Shown: positions 19,311-29,433, counted from the first letter of the stretch. The stretch is DNA of 32,000 nt from an uncultured Candidatus Neoarthromitus sp. (GCA_937890765.1 CALADQ010000012.1:29043-61042); one strand, 5' to 3'. Made by a program: numbers and translations. Notes: a model not told the origin generated them from the sequence alone.

Positions 19311-20891
19311 GTGGAAGATGTTAGATCTTTTATGATAAGTACAACTTTATTCATATTAAATATAATTTTGGTCATATTTTTGCTGGGTTTTTTGTTTATT
19401 ACAAAAAAACGTTTAAAGAGACGCAGTGATGAGTCTATGATTAAAATGGCTGAAGAAGAAAAAAATCGAAAAATTTTGTTTGAGAATACGAAAAAAGAAG
19501 CAGAAGCTTTAAAAAAGGAATTATTAATAGAAGCCAAGGAAGACGCTCATAAATTAAGATTAGAGGTTGAGAAAGAATCTCGAGAAAGAAGAAGTGAAAT
19601 TCAAAGATTAGAGAGACGACTTCTTCAAAAAGAGGAAATCTTAGATAAAAAAACTGAAACTTTAGAAAAAAAAGAAGAAGAAATAAGTTCTCGTGTTACT
19701 GAAGTTTCGAGATTGGAACAGGAAATTCAAGAGATTAATTCACAAAAAAGGCGTGAACTTGAGATTATTTCTAATATGAGTTCTGAAGAGGCTAAAGCGT
19801 TTTTACTCGACGAAGTTAAAAAAGAAATAACTCATGAGTCAGCTGTTTTAATAAAAGAGTTTGAAGCAAAGCTCAAGGAAGAAAGTGCAAATAAAGCTAG
19901 AGAAATTATAACAGGTGCTATTCAGCGATATGCGGCAGATCACGTTTCTGAATCTACTGTACATGTTGTAACTCTTCCAAATGATGAAATGAAAGGCCGT
20001 ATAATTGGTAGAGAGGGCAGAAATATTAGAACTCTAGAAATGCTTACTGGTGTTGATTTAATTATAGATGATACTCCTGAAGCTGTAGTAATATCAAGTT
20101 TTGACCCTATTAGAAGAGAAATTGCCAAAATAGCTCTTGAAAAACTTATTTTGGATGGACGTATACATCCTACTAAGATTGAAGAAATGGTTGAAAAAGC
20201 AAAAAAAGAAATAGATAATGAAATAAGAGAAACGGGTGAACAGGCATTATTTGAGACTGGTATCAATGGGGTTCATATTGAGATTGTAAAATTATTAGGA
20301 AGGTTAAAATATAGAACTAGTTATGGACAAAATGTTTTGAAGCATTCTATTGAAGTAGCTTATTTGGCTAGCAATATGGCGTTTGAGCTAGGTTTAGATG
20401 CGAATATCGCTAAAAGAGCTGGTTTGCTTCATGATATTGGAAAAGCTTTAGATCATGAGATTGAAGGTCCTCATGCTGTTATTGGTTATGAATTTGCAAA
20501 AAAGTACAATGAGTGTGATGCTGTTGCTGAAGCGATAGGAGCACATCACGAAGATATACCTATGACAAGGTTTGAATCTGTATTGGTTCAAACCGCTGAT
20601 GCTATATCGGCCGCTCGTCCAGGGGCTAGAAGAGAGACTTTGCATACTTATATAAAACGGTTAAATCAGTTAGAATCTATAGCTAATTCTTATGAAGGCG
20701 TAGAAAAGTCTTATGTTATTCAAGCTGGAAGAGAAATAAGAATAATAGTTAAACCAGATATTATTGATGATTTGAGTGCTACTTGCATGGCAAGAGATAT
20801 TGTTAAGAGAATTGAAAAAGAATTGGAATTTCCAGGACAAATAAAGATAAATGTTATAAGAGAAACTAGAGCGATTGAATTTGCGAAATAA
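19311..20891 (+). CDS. rny: Ribonuclease Y
   Basis: N-terminal TM, long coiled coil, KH motif [46 protein letters not shown] domain [22 protein letters not shown]. Confidence 0.98.
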   Translation: MEDVRSFMISTTLFILNIILVIFLLGFLFITKKRLKRRSDESMIKMAEEEKNRKILFENTKKEAEALKKELLIEAKEDAHKLRLEVEKESRERRSEIQRLERRLLQKEEILDKKTETLEKKEEEISSRVTEVSRLEQEIQEINSQKRRELEIISNMSSEEAKAFLLDEVKKEITHESAVLIKEFEAKLKEESANKAREIITGAIQRYAADHVSESTVHVVTLPNDEMKGRIIGREGRNIRTLEMLTGVDLIIDDTPEAVVISSFDPIRREIAKIALEKLILDGRIHPTKIEEMVEKAKKEIDNEIRETGEQALFETGINGVHIEIVKLLGRLKYRTSYGQNVLKHSIEVAYLASNMAFELGLDANIAKRAGLLHDIGKALDHEIEGPHAVIGYEFAKKYNECDAVAEAIGAHHEDIPMTRFESVLVQTADAISAARPGARRETLHTYIKRLNQLESIANSYEGVEKSYVIQAGREIRIIVKPDIIDDLSATCMARDIVKRIEKELEFPGQIKINVIRETRAIEFAK

Positions 20892-20993
20892 TTAAAATCC
20901 TATATTTATGTTGATTTATATTTATATTGTTAGCATCTATTCATTACTTTAATTTAGTTTTGGGTAGTTTATTATATATATTTTTATTTATAA

Positions 20994-21022
20994 TTGAAAG
21001 TTTATATGTAATATAGTTATAT
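20994..21022 (+). promoter_or_regulatory. Possible promoter upstream of spoVS: TTGAAA, N17, TTATAT
   Basis: Motif spacing only. No convincing sigma-H type box seen in the very AT-rich intergenic region. Confidence 0.35.
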
Positions 21023-21041
21023 TATTGTAGGGGGATTAAAT

Positions 21042-21302
21042 ATGGAAGTGTTAAAAGTTTCTACAAAATCAAATCCAAATTCAGTAGCAGGTGCGTTGGC
21101 AGCTATTTTGAAAGAAAAATCATTGGTGGAAATTCAAGCTATCGGAGCTGGTGCTATAAATCAAGCTGTTAAAGCTGTAGCTATAGCTAGAGGTTTTGTT
21201 GCTCCAAGTGGAAAGGATATTGTTTGTATACCTGCTTTTACAGATATACAAATAGATGGGGAAGAAAGAACAGCTATTAAGTTAATAGTTCAGCCGAGAT
21301 AA
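21042..21302 (+). CDS. spoVS: Stage V sporulation protein S
   Basis: MEVLKVSTKSNPNSVAGALAAILKEK...EIQAIGAGAINQAVKAVAIARGFVAPSGKDIVCIPAFTDIQIDGEERTAIKLIV. Confidence 0.98.
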   Translation: MEVLKVSTKSNPNSVAGALAAILKEKSLVEIQAIGAGAINQAVKAVAIARGFVAPSGKDIVCIPAFTDIQIDGEERTAIKLIVQPR

Positions 21303-21335
21303 TCTTTATAAAATAAATAATAAATTATTAATTGT

Positions 21336-21364
21336 GCAAGAATACTTTTGTATTTCTTGCTTTT
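21336..21364 (+). terminator. Probable intrinsic terminator after spoVS
   Basis: GCAAGAATAC-TTTT-GTATTTCTTGC (one bulged base) followed by TTTT. Confidence 0.6.
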
Positions 21365-21435
21365 CCTATTAAATAAAGTTAAAATTTACTATGTTCGTAA
21401 ATTATTTATTCTAAATAAAAAGGAGAAAATCAAAA

Positions 21436-21696
21436 ATGCAATCAATAAAAGTAATAATTTCTAATGATACTGGTTTGCATGCTAGACCGGCGACGTTGTT
21501 AGTAAAAAAAGCCTCTTCTTTTAAGTCTGATGTAAGTATAGAGGCCAATGGAAAAAAAGTTAATGCTAAAAGTTTAATCGGAATATTATCACTAGGTGCT
21601 ACAAAAGGCACTGAAGTTAGTGTTATAACTTCCGGTGAAGATGAGTTAGAAGCTGTTGGCGAAATAGCTAAGTTAATTGAAACTTTGGAAGATTAA
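21436..21696 (+). CDS. ptsH: HPr family phosphocarrier protein
   Basis: NDTGLHARPATLLVKKASSF with active-site His; NAKSLIGILSLGATKGTEV with regulatory Ser region; 86 aa. Confidence 0.93.
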   Translation: MQSIKVIISNDTGLHARPATLLVKKASSFKSDVSIEANGKKVNAKSLIGILSLGATKGTEVSVITSGEDELEAVGEIAKLIETLED

Positions 21697-21767
21697 TATT
21701 TTTTGCTAAGCAGATAAAAATAATGTGGTGTTTGTTAATTCTGGCACTATATTATTTTTAAACACAA

Positions 21768-21801
21768 AACTTCGCAAAATTTATATTTTGCGAAGTTTTT
21801 T
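21768..21801 (+). terminator. Strong intrinsic terminator after the HPr gene
   Basis: AACTTCGCAAAAT (21768-21780), TTAT loop, ATTTTGCGAAGTT (21785-21797), then TTTT. Confidence 0.92.
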
Positions 21802-21820
21802 AGAAAGGATTTATCTACAT

Positions 21821-22762
21821 ATGAAAAATAATGATTGCCCGATAATATTATCAGACTTTTTAGATTATTTATCAGTTGTGAAAGGAAAATCACCTAATAC
21901 TTTAAAAGAATACAAACTTGATATTATTAATTTTTTTAAATTTATAATAAAGCGTAAGCGGTTAAGAATTTCATGTCATAAAATCGATTTAGAAGCTCTA
22001 AAAAATGTTTCATTGAGTGATATGTATGCTTATATGAATTTCGTTAAAAATGAGCGTTTAAATGGACCGAGTGCTAGAAGCCGCAAAACTGCTTCCCTCA
22101 GAACTTTTTATAATTATCTTACAAACAAAATTAAAGTAATTGATAAAAACATTACTTTGGAATTAGAATCTCCGAAAATTCCTAGACGTAATCCTATATA
22201 CTTAAATTTTCAAGAATCAAAATCATTATTAAATTCGATTGACTCTAAGAGTAAATTTTATTCTAGAGACTGCTGTATGATAATTACATTTTTAAATTGT
22301 GCATTAAGACTTTCGGAATTGTGTTCCATTAATATAAACGATATAGATTGGGAAAATAATTCTTTAAATATTGTTGGTAAAGGTGATAAAGAACGAATTA
22401 TATATTTAAATAATGCTGTGTTAAATTCAATCAAAAATTATTTAAATGATAGAAATAATTATAAAATACATAATGAACACAAGGAAGCTTTGTTTATTAG
22501 CTCTAAAGGAATGCGAATAAGCAATAGAGCTGTTCAATTAATAATAAAAAAGTATAGTAAAGATGCTAATATTGACAAATCCATAACGCCTCACAAATTA
22601 AGACACACATCTGCAACTTTAATGTTTAAACACGGGAAAATAGATATAAGAACTTTGCAAAAGGTTCTTGGGCATGAAAATATATCGACAACGCAAATAT
22701 ACACTCATGTAGATGATGAAGGAATTAAAAAAGCATTTGAATCAAATCCTCTAAATTTTTAA
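21821..22762 (+). CDS. xerC: Tyrosine recombinase, XerC/XerD-like
   Basis: CALRLSELCSINI (Arg), GKGDKERIIYL (Lys), HKLRHTSATLMF (HxxR), LGHENISTTQIYTHV (His, Tyr nucleophile). The ORF track start at 21725 includes the terminator; ATG 21821 is the likely start. Confidence 0.85.
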   Translation: MKNNDCPIILSDFLDYLSVVKGKSPNTLKEYKLDIINFFKFIIKRKRLRISCHKIDLEALKNVSLSDMYAYMNFVKNERLNGPSARSRKTASLRTFYNYLTNKIKVIDKNITLELESPKIPRRNPIYLNFQESKSLLNSIDSKSKFYSRDCCMIITFLNCALRLSELCSININDIDWENNSLNIVGKGDKERIIYLNNAVLNSIKNYLNDRNNYKIHNEHKEALFISSKGMRISNRAVQLIIKKYSKDANIDKSITPHKLRHTSATLMFKHGKIDIRTLQKVLGHENISTTQIYTHVDDEGIKKAFESNPLNF

Positions 22763-22770
22763 AACAACAA

Positions 22771-22810
22771 AATCCTAACTCGTAATTTACAAGTTAGGAT
22801 TTATATTTTT
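22771..22810. terminator. Bidirectional terminator between convergent xerC-like and ynbB-like genes
   Basis: AATCCTAACT (22771-22780) / AGTTAGGATT (22792-22801), followed on + by TATATTTTTTAT; A-rich side provides the - strand U-tract. Confidence 0.8.
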
Positions 22811-24058
22811 TATATAATTTAATAATGCTAACTGTCCATGTTCAAATGTTAATGAACCTTGTAAATACGCAACATATGGTTTTCGTATTGGAGCATCGCA
22901 TGATAATTCTATTGAAGCTCCTGACACAAAAGTTCCTGCTGCCATAATAACTTTGTCTTCGTATCCTGGCATATCCCAAGGTTCGCATTCTAAAAATGAA
23001 TCTACAGGAGAATTTTTTTGAACATTCTTACAAAAAATTATTATTTCATTTTCTGTATTAAATTTGATAGCTTGAATTATATCGCTTCTTTTTTCATTAA
23101 ACTTTGGATAAACATCATAGTTTAAATTTTCAAAAATTTTTGCAGCAAACACCGAGGTTTTCATTGCTTCAACAACAATGTGAGGTGACATGAATAATCC
23201 TTGAAAAACTTGTCTTAAATTAGTTAGGCTCGCTCCACATTCTCCACCAATTCCTGGAACAGTCAATCTATACGCAGCATTTTCGATCAACTGTTTTTTT
23301 CCAACTATGTAGCCTCCTGTTGGAGCTAATCCTCCACCAATATTTTTAATTAAAGAACCAGCCATCAAATCAATACCAATTTCACTAGGTTCGATTATTT
23401 CCGTAAATTCACCATAACAATTATCTACAAAAATATTTATGTCTTTATTCGTACCCTTTATAATTTTTACTATATGTTTTATTTCGTCTACTAAAATAGA
23501 TTTTCTAAGAGAATAACCTCTTGAACGCTGAATATATATCATTTTTATTTTAGGATTATTAATAATGGTTTCAACAATTTTATCTACATCAAATTTGTCA
23601 TTTTTTAAATCGCATTCAAGATATTTTACTCCTAAATCTTTTAAGCTTCCTTTATATTCTTCGTGGTCATCTAATCCAATTATATTTTGTATTGTATCAT
23701 AAGGTTTGCCCGTTATTGAAAATAGAATTTCTCCTTTTGTTAAATTGCCAAGGATTGCACACCCTATTGCATGAGTTCCATTTACAAATTGCAATCTAAC
23801 CAAAGCACTTTCCGTTTTAAAAATTTCCTTGTATAAATTTTCGATGCCCTCTCGTCCTAAGTCCGTGTAAGCATAACCTGTCGTGCTGACAAAATGTGAA
23901 TCAGATATTTTATGTTCTTTAAAGGCTTGTAAAACTTTGTGCTGATTGTATAATTTTAAATAATCTAAATCTTCAAATACAAATTTTACATCATCAATAC
24001 TACGTTTATATAAATCATAAATTTTATTTCCAAATAAATCTTTAACAAAACTACTCAT
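22787..24058 (-). CDS. Methionine gamma-lyase family / aluminium-resistance-like PLP-dependent protein (YnbB-like)
   Basis: DLGREGIENLYKEIFKTESALVRLQFVNGTHAIGCAILGNLTKGE..., NIFVDNCYGEFTEIIEPSEIGIDLMAGSLIKNIGGGLAPTGGYIVGKK (PLP lysine region); miaA-adjacent as in Bacillota. Confidence 0.87.
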   Translation of the reverse strand: MSSFVKDLFGNKIYDLYKRSIDDVKFVFEDLDYLKLYNQHKVLQAFKEHKISDSHFVSTTGYAYTDLGREGIENLYKEIFKTESALVRLQFVNGTHAIGCAILGNLTKGEILFSITGKPYDTIQNIIGLDDHEEYKGSLKDLGVKYLECDLKNDKFDVDKIVETIINNPKIKMIYIQRSRGYSLRKSILVDEIKHIVKIIKGTNKDINIFVDNCYGEFTEIIEPSEIGIDLMAGSLIKNIGGGLAPTGGYIVGKKQLIENAAYRLTVPGIGGECGASLTNLRQVFQGLFMSPHIVVEAMKTSVFAAKIFENLNYDVYPKFNEKRSDIIQAIKFNTENEIIIFCKNVQKNSPVDSFLECEPWDMPGYEDKVIMAAGTFVSGASIELSCDAPIRKPYVAYLQGSLTFEHGQLALLNYIKNINPNL

Positions 24059-24076
24059 GTATTAAAATCTTAACTC

Positions 24077-25012
24077 CTATTTGCAGTTGTAGTAATCTTC
24101 AATTATGTAATTCAAAATTTCATCATCATTCATATTATCTTTTTGAATGAAATGATTACGCTTTTCTTTTTTGAACCATGTCAACTGACGTTTCGCATAA
24201 TTACGAGAATTTTTTTTAATAAGCTCAATCATCTCACCTAAAGAAATATTATTTTCCAAATACTCAAAAACTTCTTTGTAGCCTATACCTTGCATAGATT
24301 GAAATTCTTTTTTGTAGCCAAGCTTTTTTAAATTTTCAACTTCATTTACAAGACCTTCTTCAATCATAAAATCAACTCGTTTGTTTATGTTTTCATATAA
24401 ATTTTTTCTTTCAAGATTCAAAATATAATATTTGAAATCATAAATCGCTTTTTCATCTTCATCATACTTAAATGAGCTAAATGGTTTTTTCGTTAAATGA
24501 TAAACTTCCAATGCCCTAATAACTCTTTTCAAGTTGTTATAATGAATTTTCTTGTAGCTTTCGTAATCAATTTGTTTTAACATATTGTGCACATATTGAT
24601 TACCCTTTTCTGTTGCCAAACCTTGAAGATAAATTCTGTACTCTTTATCTTCACCAGAGGTGCAATGCTTTTGATTGTAAATGAGTGACCTTATGTAAAG
24701 ACCAGTTCCACCAACAATTAATGGTAATTTATTTTTAGATATTATTTCATCTATATTTTTTTTTGCTAAATCAACATACATCGAAACATTAAATTCTTCA
24801 TCAGGCTCACAAACGTTTATTAAATGGTGGGGTACTCCATTCATTTGCTCGGGTTTAATTTTTGCAGAACCAATATCCATGTGTTTGTAAATTTGCATGG
24901 AATCAGCTGAAATTATTTCACCGTTCATTCGCTTAGCTAATTTTATGGATAAATTAGTTTTGCCAACCCCAGTAGGCCCAGCTAATATTAAAATTTTTTT
25001 GTCTTTAATCAC
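24077..25012 (-). CDS. miaA: tRNA dimethylallyltransferase MiaA
   Basis: [65 protein letters not shown]-like [13 protein letters not shown]. Confidence 0.97.
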   Translation of the reverse strand: MIKDKKILILAGPTGVGKTNLSIKLAKRMNGEIISADSMQIYKHMDIGSAKIKPEQMNGVPHHLINVCEPDEEFNVSMYVDLAKKNIDEIISKNKLPLIVGGTGLYIRSLIYNQKHCTSGEDKEYRIYLQGLATEKGNQYVHNMLKQIDYESYKKIHYNNLKRVIRALEVYHLTKKPFSSFKYDEDEKAIYDFKYYILNLERKNLYENINKRVDFMIEEGLVNEVENLKKLGYKKEFQSMQGIGYKEVFEYLENNISLGEMIELIKKNSRNYAKRQLTWFKKEKRNHFIQKDNMNDDEILNYIIEDYYNCK

Positions 25013-25018
25013 AAAAAT

Positions 25019-26818
25019 TTAAACCCTCTTAAACATTTTTTCGATTTCATACAATGAAAATTTTATTATTATTGGTCTTCCATGAGGACACGTAAAAGGA
25101 TTATCCAATTTCATTAGCTTTGATATCAAAATTTTTATTTCTTCCGTATTCAATTTACAATTTGCTTTAACAGCACTCTTGCAAGATTTGCTCGCAATAA
25201 AATCATATTTCACTTCTTCAAGCGAACCAGAACCAAAATTATCAATGTTCTGAATAATATCTAAAATCAAATCTTTTAAATCACAATTTTTAAATTCTGA
25301 AGGTACTTCTCTAATAACTATAGAATTATCTCCAAAATTTTCAATCGTAAATCCGCAATTCCAAAAACAATTTTTATTGTTTTCATAAACGGCATACTCC
25401 AATTGTCCAAGTTCTAAAACTATAGGAATTATTATTTGTCTAACGACAGTTTCGTTTTTTATATTTTTCATAAATTCTTCGAATAGAATTTTTTCATGCG
25501 CTACATGCTGATCAATTATATACAAATTTTTATACCATTCACCAATTATGTACGTATTATTGTATTGTCCTAATATTTTAAAGTCTGAAATTTTATTTTC
25601 TTCAAGAAACTCAAATTTCAAATCCTCTTTGAGTTCTACCAAATGACCATCAAATTCTTTTTCAGTAACAAGATTATACGGAACACTGCTATCTTTATCG
25701 AATTTATTTTTTTGTATATTTTTTTTCAACTCTTCGTTCGTGAAATTCTCTTTTGAATTTGTTGTAAAACTGCTATCGCATTGTGATGAAATACTATAGA
25801 AATCTTTTTTTCCTACCAAAGTAGAATTTGACAAATAATCATTTAACTCACTTACAAAAGTCCTATATAAAAAGCCATAAACCATTTTTTCATCTTCAAA
25901 TTTGATTTCAGCTTTTGTCGGATGAACATTTACATCTATAGAGCTAGAATCTAAATTTATAAACAAAATGAAAAATGGAAATTTGTTTACTGTCATATAA
26001 TTTCTGTAAGCATTTTCAATTGAGGAAACCAAACTTTTATTTTTAACAATTCTATTGTTAACAAATAAATATTGATTGTTTCTTGAACTCTTACAAAAGT
26101 TAATATCTCCAATATATCCAAAAATATTCAAATTTTCACAATTATTTTCAACAAAAAATAAATTTTCCAAAACGCCATTTCCAAAAATGCTTATTACAGC
26201 ATCACGCAAACTCGTTCCCATAGTTTTAAAAATTAATTTTCCATTCGCCACATACTCAAAACAAATTTCGTAATTTGAAATTGCAAGTCTTGTTACAACA
26301 TCTCTTATGATTGCGCTTTCTCTCGCTTCGCTTTTCAAAAATTTCAATCGCGCGGGAGTATTAAAAAATAAATCCCTAATTTCAACTTCGGTTCCAACGT
26401 TGCAAGAACATTCTTCTTTGCACAAAATTTTTCCGCCCTCAATTTTTATACTCATTCCAAAATCAAATTCTTCACTTCGTGATTTGAGAAAAACTTTTGA
26501 AACTTCCGCTATACTCGGAAGAGCCTCTCCCCTAAATCCCAAAGAATTTATATTGCAAAGATCATCTTCATTTTGAATTTTACTCGTTGCGTGTGGAAGA
26601 AAAATTTTTTCAATATCATCATGATGAATTCCATGCCCATCATCACAAACTTTAATCGATTCTCTTCCTCCACCTGACACCTCAATTAAAATATTTTTTG
26701 ATTTTGCATCAATACTATTTTCAACGAGTTCTTTAACAATAGCTGCCGCTCTTTCTACAACTTCACCAGCTGCAATTTTATTTGCAACCGAACTATCTAA
26801 AACTTTAACTCTTCTCAT
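25019..26818 (-). CDS. mutL: DNA mismatch repair protein MutL
   Basis: LDSSVANKIAAGEVVERAAAIVKELVENSIDAKS, DDGHGIHHDD, ATSKI, GFRGEALPSIAEVS; C-terminal DQHVAHEKILFE and ACKSAVKAN, CPHGRPIIIKF motifs. Confidence 0.97.
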   Translation of the reverse strand: MRRVKVLDSSVANKIAAGEVVERAAAIVKELVENSIDAKSKNILIEVSGGGRESIKVCDDGHGIHHDDIEKIFLPHATSKIQNEDDLCNINSLGFRGEALPSIAEVSKVFLKSRSEEFDFGMSIKIEGGKILCKEECSCNVGTEVEIRDLFFNTPARLKFLKSEARESAIIRDVVTRLAISNYEICFEYVANGKLIFKTMGTSLRDAVISIFGNGVLENLFFVENNCENLNIFGYIGDINFCKSSRNNQYLFVNNRIVKNKSLVSSIENAYRNYMTVNKFPFFILFINLDSSSIDVNVHPTKAEIKFEDEKMVYGFLYRTFVSELNDYLSNSTLVGKKDFYSISSQCDSSFTTNSKENFTNEELKKNIQKNKFDKDSSVPYNLVTEKEFDGHLVELKEDLKFEFLEENKISDFKILGQYNNTYIIGEWYKNLYIIDQHVAHEKILFEEFMKNIKNETVVRQIIIPIVLELGQLEYAVYENNKNCFWNCGFTIENFGDNSIVIREVPSEFKNCDLKDLILDIIQNIDNFGSGSLEEVKYDFIASKSCKSAVKANCKLNTEEIKILISKLMKLDNPFTCPHGRPIIIKFSLYEIEKMFKRV

Positions 26819-29406
26819 TTATTTTTTACTAACCTTTTGCAATCTTCAACTATTTCGTTAAGTTTTCCCAACGCAACAACAGGAGTCAAATTCATAATAT
26901 CAATAGAAGCAATTTCCTCAAATATTTTTTGCAATTCATCGCTATCGTCAATGGTCTTCTCTTCAACAAAATTTATTGAATTGTATTTGTGTTGAATTAT
27001 ATCTTTACATTCAATTTGCTTTTCCAAATTTACCAAAACATTTTTTGCAATATCAATTATTTCATGATTTAGCCCTGCAAGTTTTGCAACTTCAATTCCA
27101 TAAGATTCATCTACAGCACCACGAGCAACCTTTCTCAAGAAAATTAAATTATCTCCAATTTTCTTAGCAGACACGCTATAATTTTTCACGCCAGAAATAA
27201 CTTGTTCAATTTGAGTTAACTCATGATAATGCGTAGCAAATAATGTTTTAGGCCTTAGTTTACTTATGGAAGTTAAATATTCAACAATTGCATACGCAAT
27301 ACTAACTCCATCATAAGTGCTTGTTCCCCTTCCTATTTCATCTAAAATTATTAAACTATCTTGAGTGAAATTTTCTAAAATGTACGCAACTTCTTTCATC
27401 TCAACCATAAACGTACTTCTTCCAGTTGATAAATCATCAGCTGCACCTATTCGCGTAAAAATTTTATCGCATACAGAAATTTTAGAAGAGGACGCCGGAA
27501 CGAAACTTCCCATTTGTGCCATAATCACAATTAAAGCAACTTGTCGCATAAAAGTTGATTTTCCTGCCATATTCGGCCCAGTTATAATATGTAATTGTTC
27601 TTCAAAATTATTTAAATACACATCGTTAGGAACATAACTTAATTTATTTATTAACTTTTCAATTACAGGATGACGTCCATTTTCAATTTCAATTATTCCA
27701 TCATCACTCATAATTGGTTTTACATATTTATTTTCAAAAGCAACTTTCGCAAGAGAAAATAAACAATCAATAATTGCTATATTTTTAGAAACATTCTTAA
27801 TTCTTGAAACATTTTTTTCAACTTGGTCTCTTATATTTACGTAAATTTTGTATTCCAAATCGTTAAGCTTATCTTCAGCATTTAAAATTTGTTCTTCTAA
27901 ATTTTTAAGCTCTTCCGTTATGTATCTTTCAGAATTCGCTAAAGTCTGCTTTCTTACATATCTATCTTTAGGCACTAAATCATAATTAGATTTGTTTACT
28001 TCTATATAGTAACCAAAAATTTTATTATATCCAATTTTCAAAGCCTTTGGCTTGATTCCAGTAATTTCTTTTTCCTTTTTTTCAACCTCAAGCAAACAAT
28101 CTTTAACATTACTTTTTAAATATTTAAGCTCATCGACTTCCTTATTATAACCCTCTTTAATTATGGAACCTTCCTTCAAAGAAATTCCTGCTTCATCTGA
28201 AATAGAAACTTCAATTAAATCATAAATATCGTCAAGGACATCGAAGTTATCATAAATATCTCTAAGCATTGGAGAGTTGAAAGAAATTAAAACCATTTTT
28301 ATATCTGGCAAAAATTTAATACATTTTTTCAGAATGAGAATTTCTTTTGGGTTGATTGAAAAATTTGAAATTTTAGCTATAATTCTATCGAGATCTGATA
28401 TGCTTGAGAGCAATGAAATTAATTTTTCATGCAAATCATAGTTGTTCATTAATTCTTCAACAGAATTTTGACGTTTCACTATTTTGCCTAACTTAAGCAA
28501 CGGTTTTTCAATCCACTGTTTAAGAAGACGTGCTCCCATGGAAGTATTTGTTTTATTTAAAACCCAATAAAGAGTTGATTTTTTAGAATTGTCCCAACTG
28601 TTATAAATAAGCTCCAAATTCTTTTTAGAATTTTTGTCTATCAAAAGATAATCATACACGTTGTAAAACTCTATGTTTTTAATGTTGGATAAATTTATTT
28701 TTTGTGTTTCATATACGTAATTGTAAAATCCTCGTATAGAATTTAATTGAACTTCTTTTAAACTTTTACTTTTATCAATTGATTTTTGAAATTTATCAAC
28801 ATGAAAAAAATCTAAATCTTTAACGGTAACTGAAAATTCATGTTGAAAATGAGATATAAAGTTATCAAAATCAAATTGTTCATTCACAATGACTTCTTTT
28901 GGAGAAAATTTCATAAGTTCATCAATCAAGAAAGAATTTTTTTCCAACAAAGTACTATAAACTTCTCCTGTCGTTATATCTCCAAACGTAACTCCAAAAT
29001 TTTCAGAATCAGAATCAAAAAATATTGTAGCCAAAAATATATTTTCATCAATTTCATTTGCGCTTTCATCAAAATATGTACCAGGAGTTATTATTTTTAC
29101 AACATCACGTTTAACAATTCCTTTTGACAAATTAGCATCCTCAACTTGCTCGCAAATCGCAACCTTAAAACCTTTATTCACAAGTTTCGATATGTAATTA
29201 GACGATGCAACATATGGAATTCCACACATTGGTGCTTTCTCTTCAAGCCCGCACTCTCTACCAGTCAACACAAGTTCTAATTCTTTTGAAGCTATTTTCG
29301 CATCTTCAAAAAACATTTCATAAAAATCACCCAAACGGAAAAACACAATACAATCTTTATATTTATCTTTAATTTGCAAATACTGACTCATCATTGGCGT
29401 TATCAT
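26815..29406 (-). CDS. mutS: DNA mismatch repair protein MutS
   Basis: TPMMSQYLQIKDKYKDCIVFFRLGDFYEMFFEDA, ITGPNMAGKSTFMRQVALIVIMAQMGSFVPA, LIILDEIGRGTSTYDGVSIAYAIVEYL, FATHYHELT. Confidence 0.98.
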   Translation of the reverse strand: MITPMMSQYLQIKDKYKDCIVFFRLGDFYEMFFEDAKIASKELELVLTGRECGLEEKAPMCGIPYVASSNYISKLVNKGFKVAICEQVEDANLSKGIVKRDVVKIITPGTYFDESANEIDENIFLATIFFDSDSENFGVTFGDITTGEVYSTLLEKNSFLIDELMKFSPKEVIVNEQFDFDNFISHFQHEFSVTVKDLDFFHVDKFQKSIDKSKSLKEVQLNSIRGFYNYVYETQKINLSNIKNIEFYNVYDYLLIDKNSKKNLELIYNSWDNSKKSTLYWVLNKTNTSMGARLLKQWIEKPLLKLGKIVKRQNSVEELMNNYDLHEKLISLLSSISDLDRIIAKISNFSINPKEILILKKCIKFLPDIKMVLISFNSPMLRDIYDNFDVLDDIYDLIEVSISDEAGISLKEGSIIKEGYNKEVDELKYLKSNVKDCLLEVEKKEKEITGIKPKALKIGYNKIFGYYIEVNKSNYDLVPKDRYVRKQTLANSERYITEELKNLEEQILNAEDKLNDLEYKIYVNIRDQVEKNVSRIKNVSKNIAIIDCLFSLAKVAFENKYVKPIMSDDGIIEIENGRHPVIEKLINKLSYVPNDVYLNNFEEQLHIITGPNMAGKSTFMRQVALIVIMAQMGSFVPASSSKISVCDKIFTRIGAADDLSTGRSTFMVEMKEVAYILENFTQDSLIILDEIGRGTSTYDGVSIAYAIVEYLTSISKLRPKTLFATHYHELTQIEQVISGVKNYSVSAKKIGDNLIFLRKVARGAVDESYGIEVAKLAGLNHEIIDIAKNVLVNLEKQIECKDIIQHKYNSINFVEEKTIDDSDELQKIFEEIASIDIMNLTPVVALGKLNEIVEDCKRLVKNK

Positions 29407-29433
29407 AATGAAATTCTCCTAAGAAATTAAATT

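Noticed and set aside
19940-20266. 108-aa - strand ORF in rny
   Set aside because: Mirror of the KH/HD region of RNase Y; expected antisense artefact.
21725-21820. N-terminal extension of the Xer recombinase (MVFVNSGTILFLNTKLRKIY...)
   Set aside because: The extension translates across a strong intrinsic terminator (21768-21801); an SD-like AAAGGA precedes ATG 21821.
26076-27637. + strand ORFs (65, 89, 63 and 90 aa) over mutL/mutS
   Set aside because: Antisense to well-conserved mismatch-repair motifs, for example the 27365-27637 ORF lies opposite the MutS Walker region.
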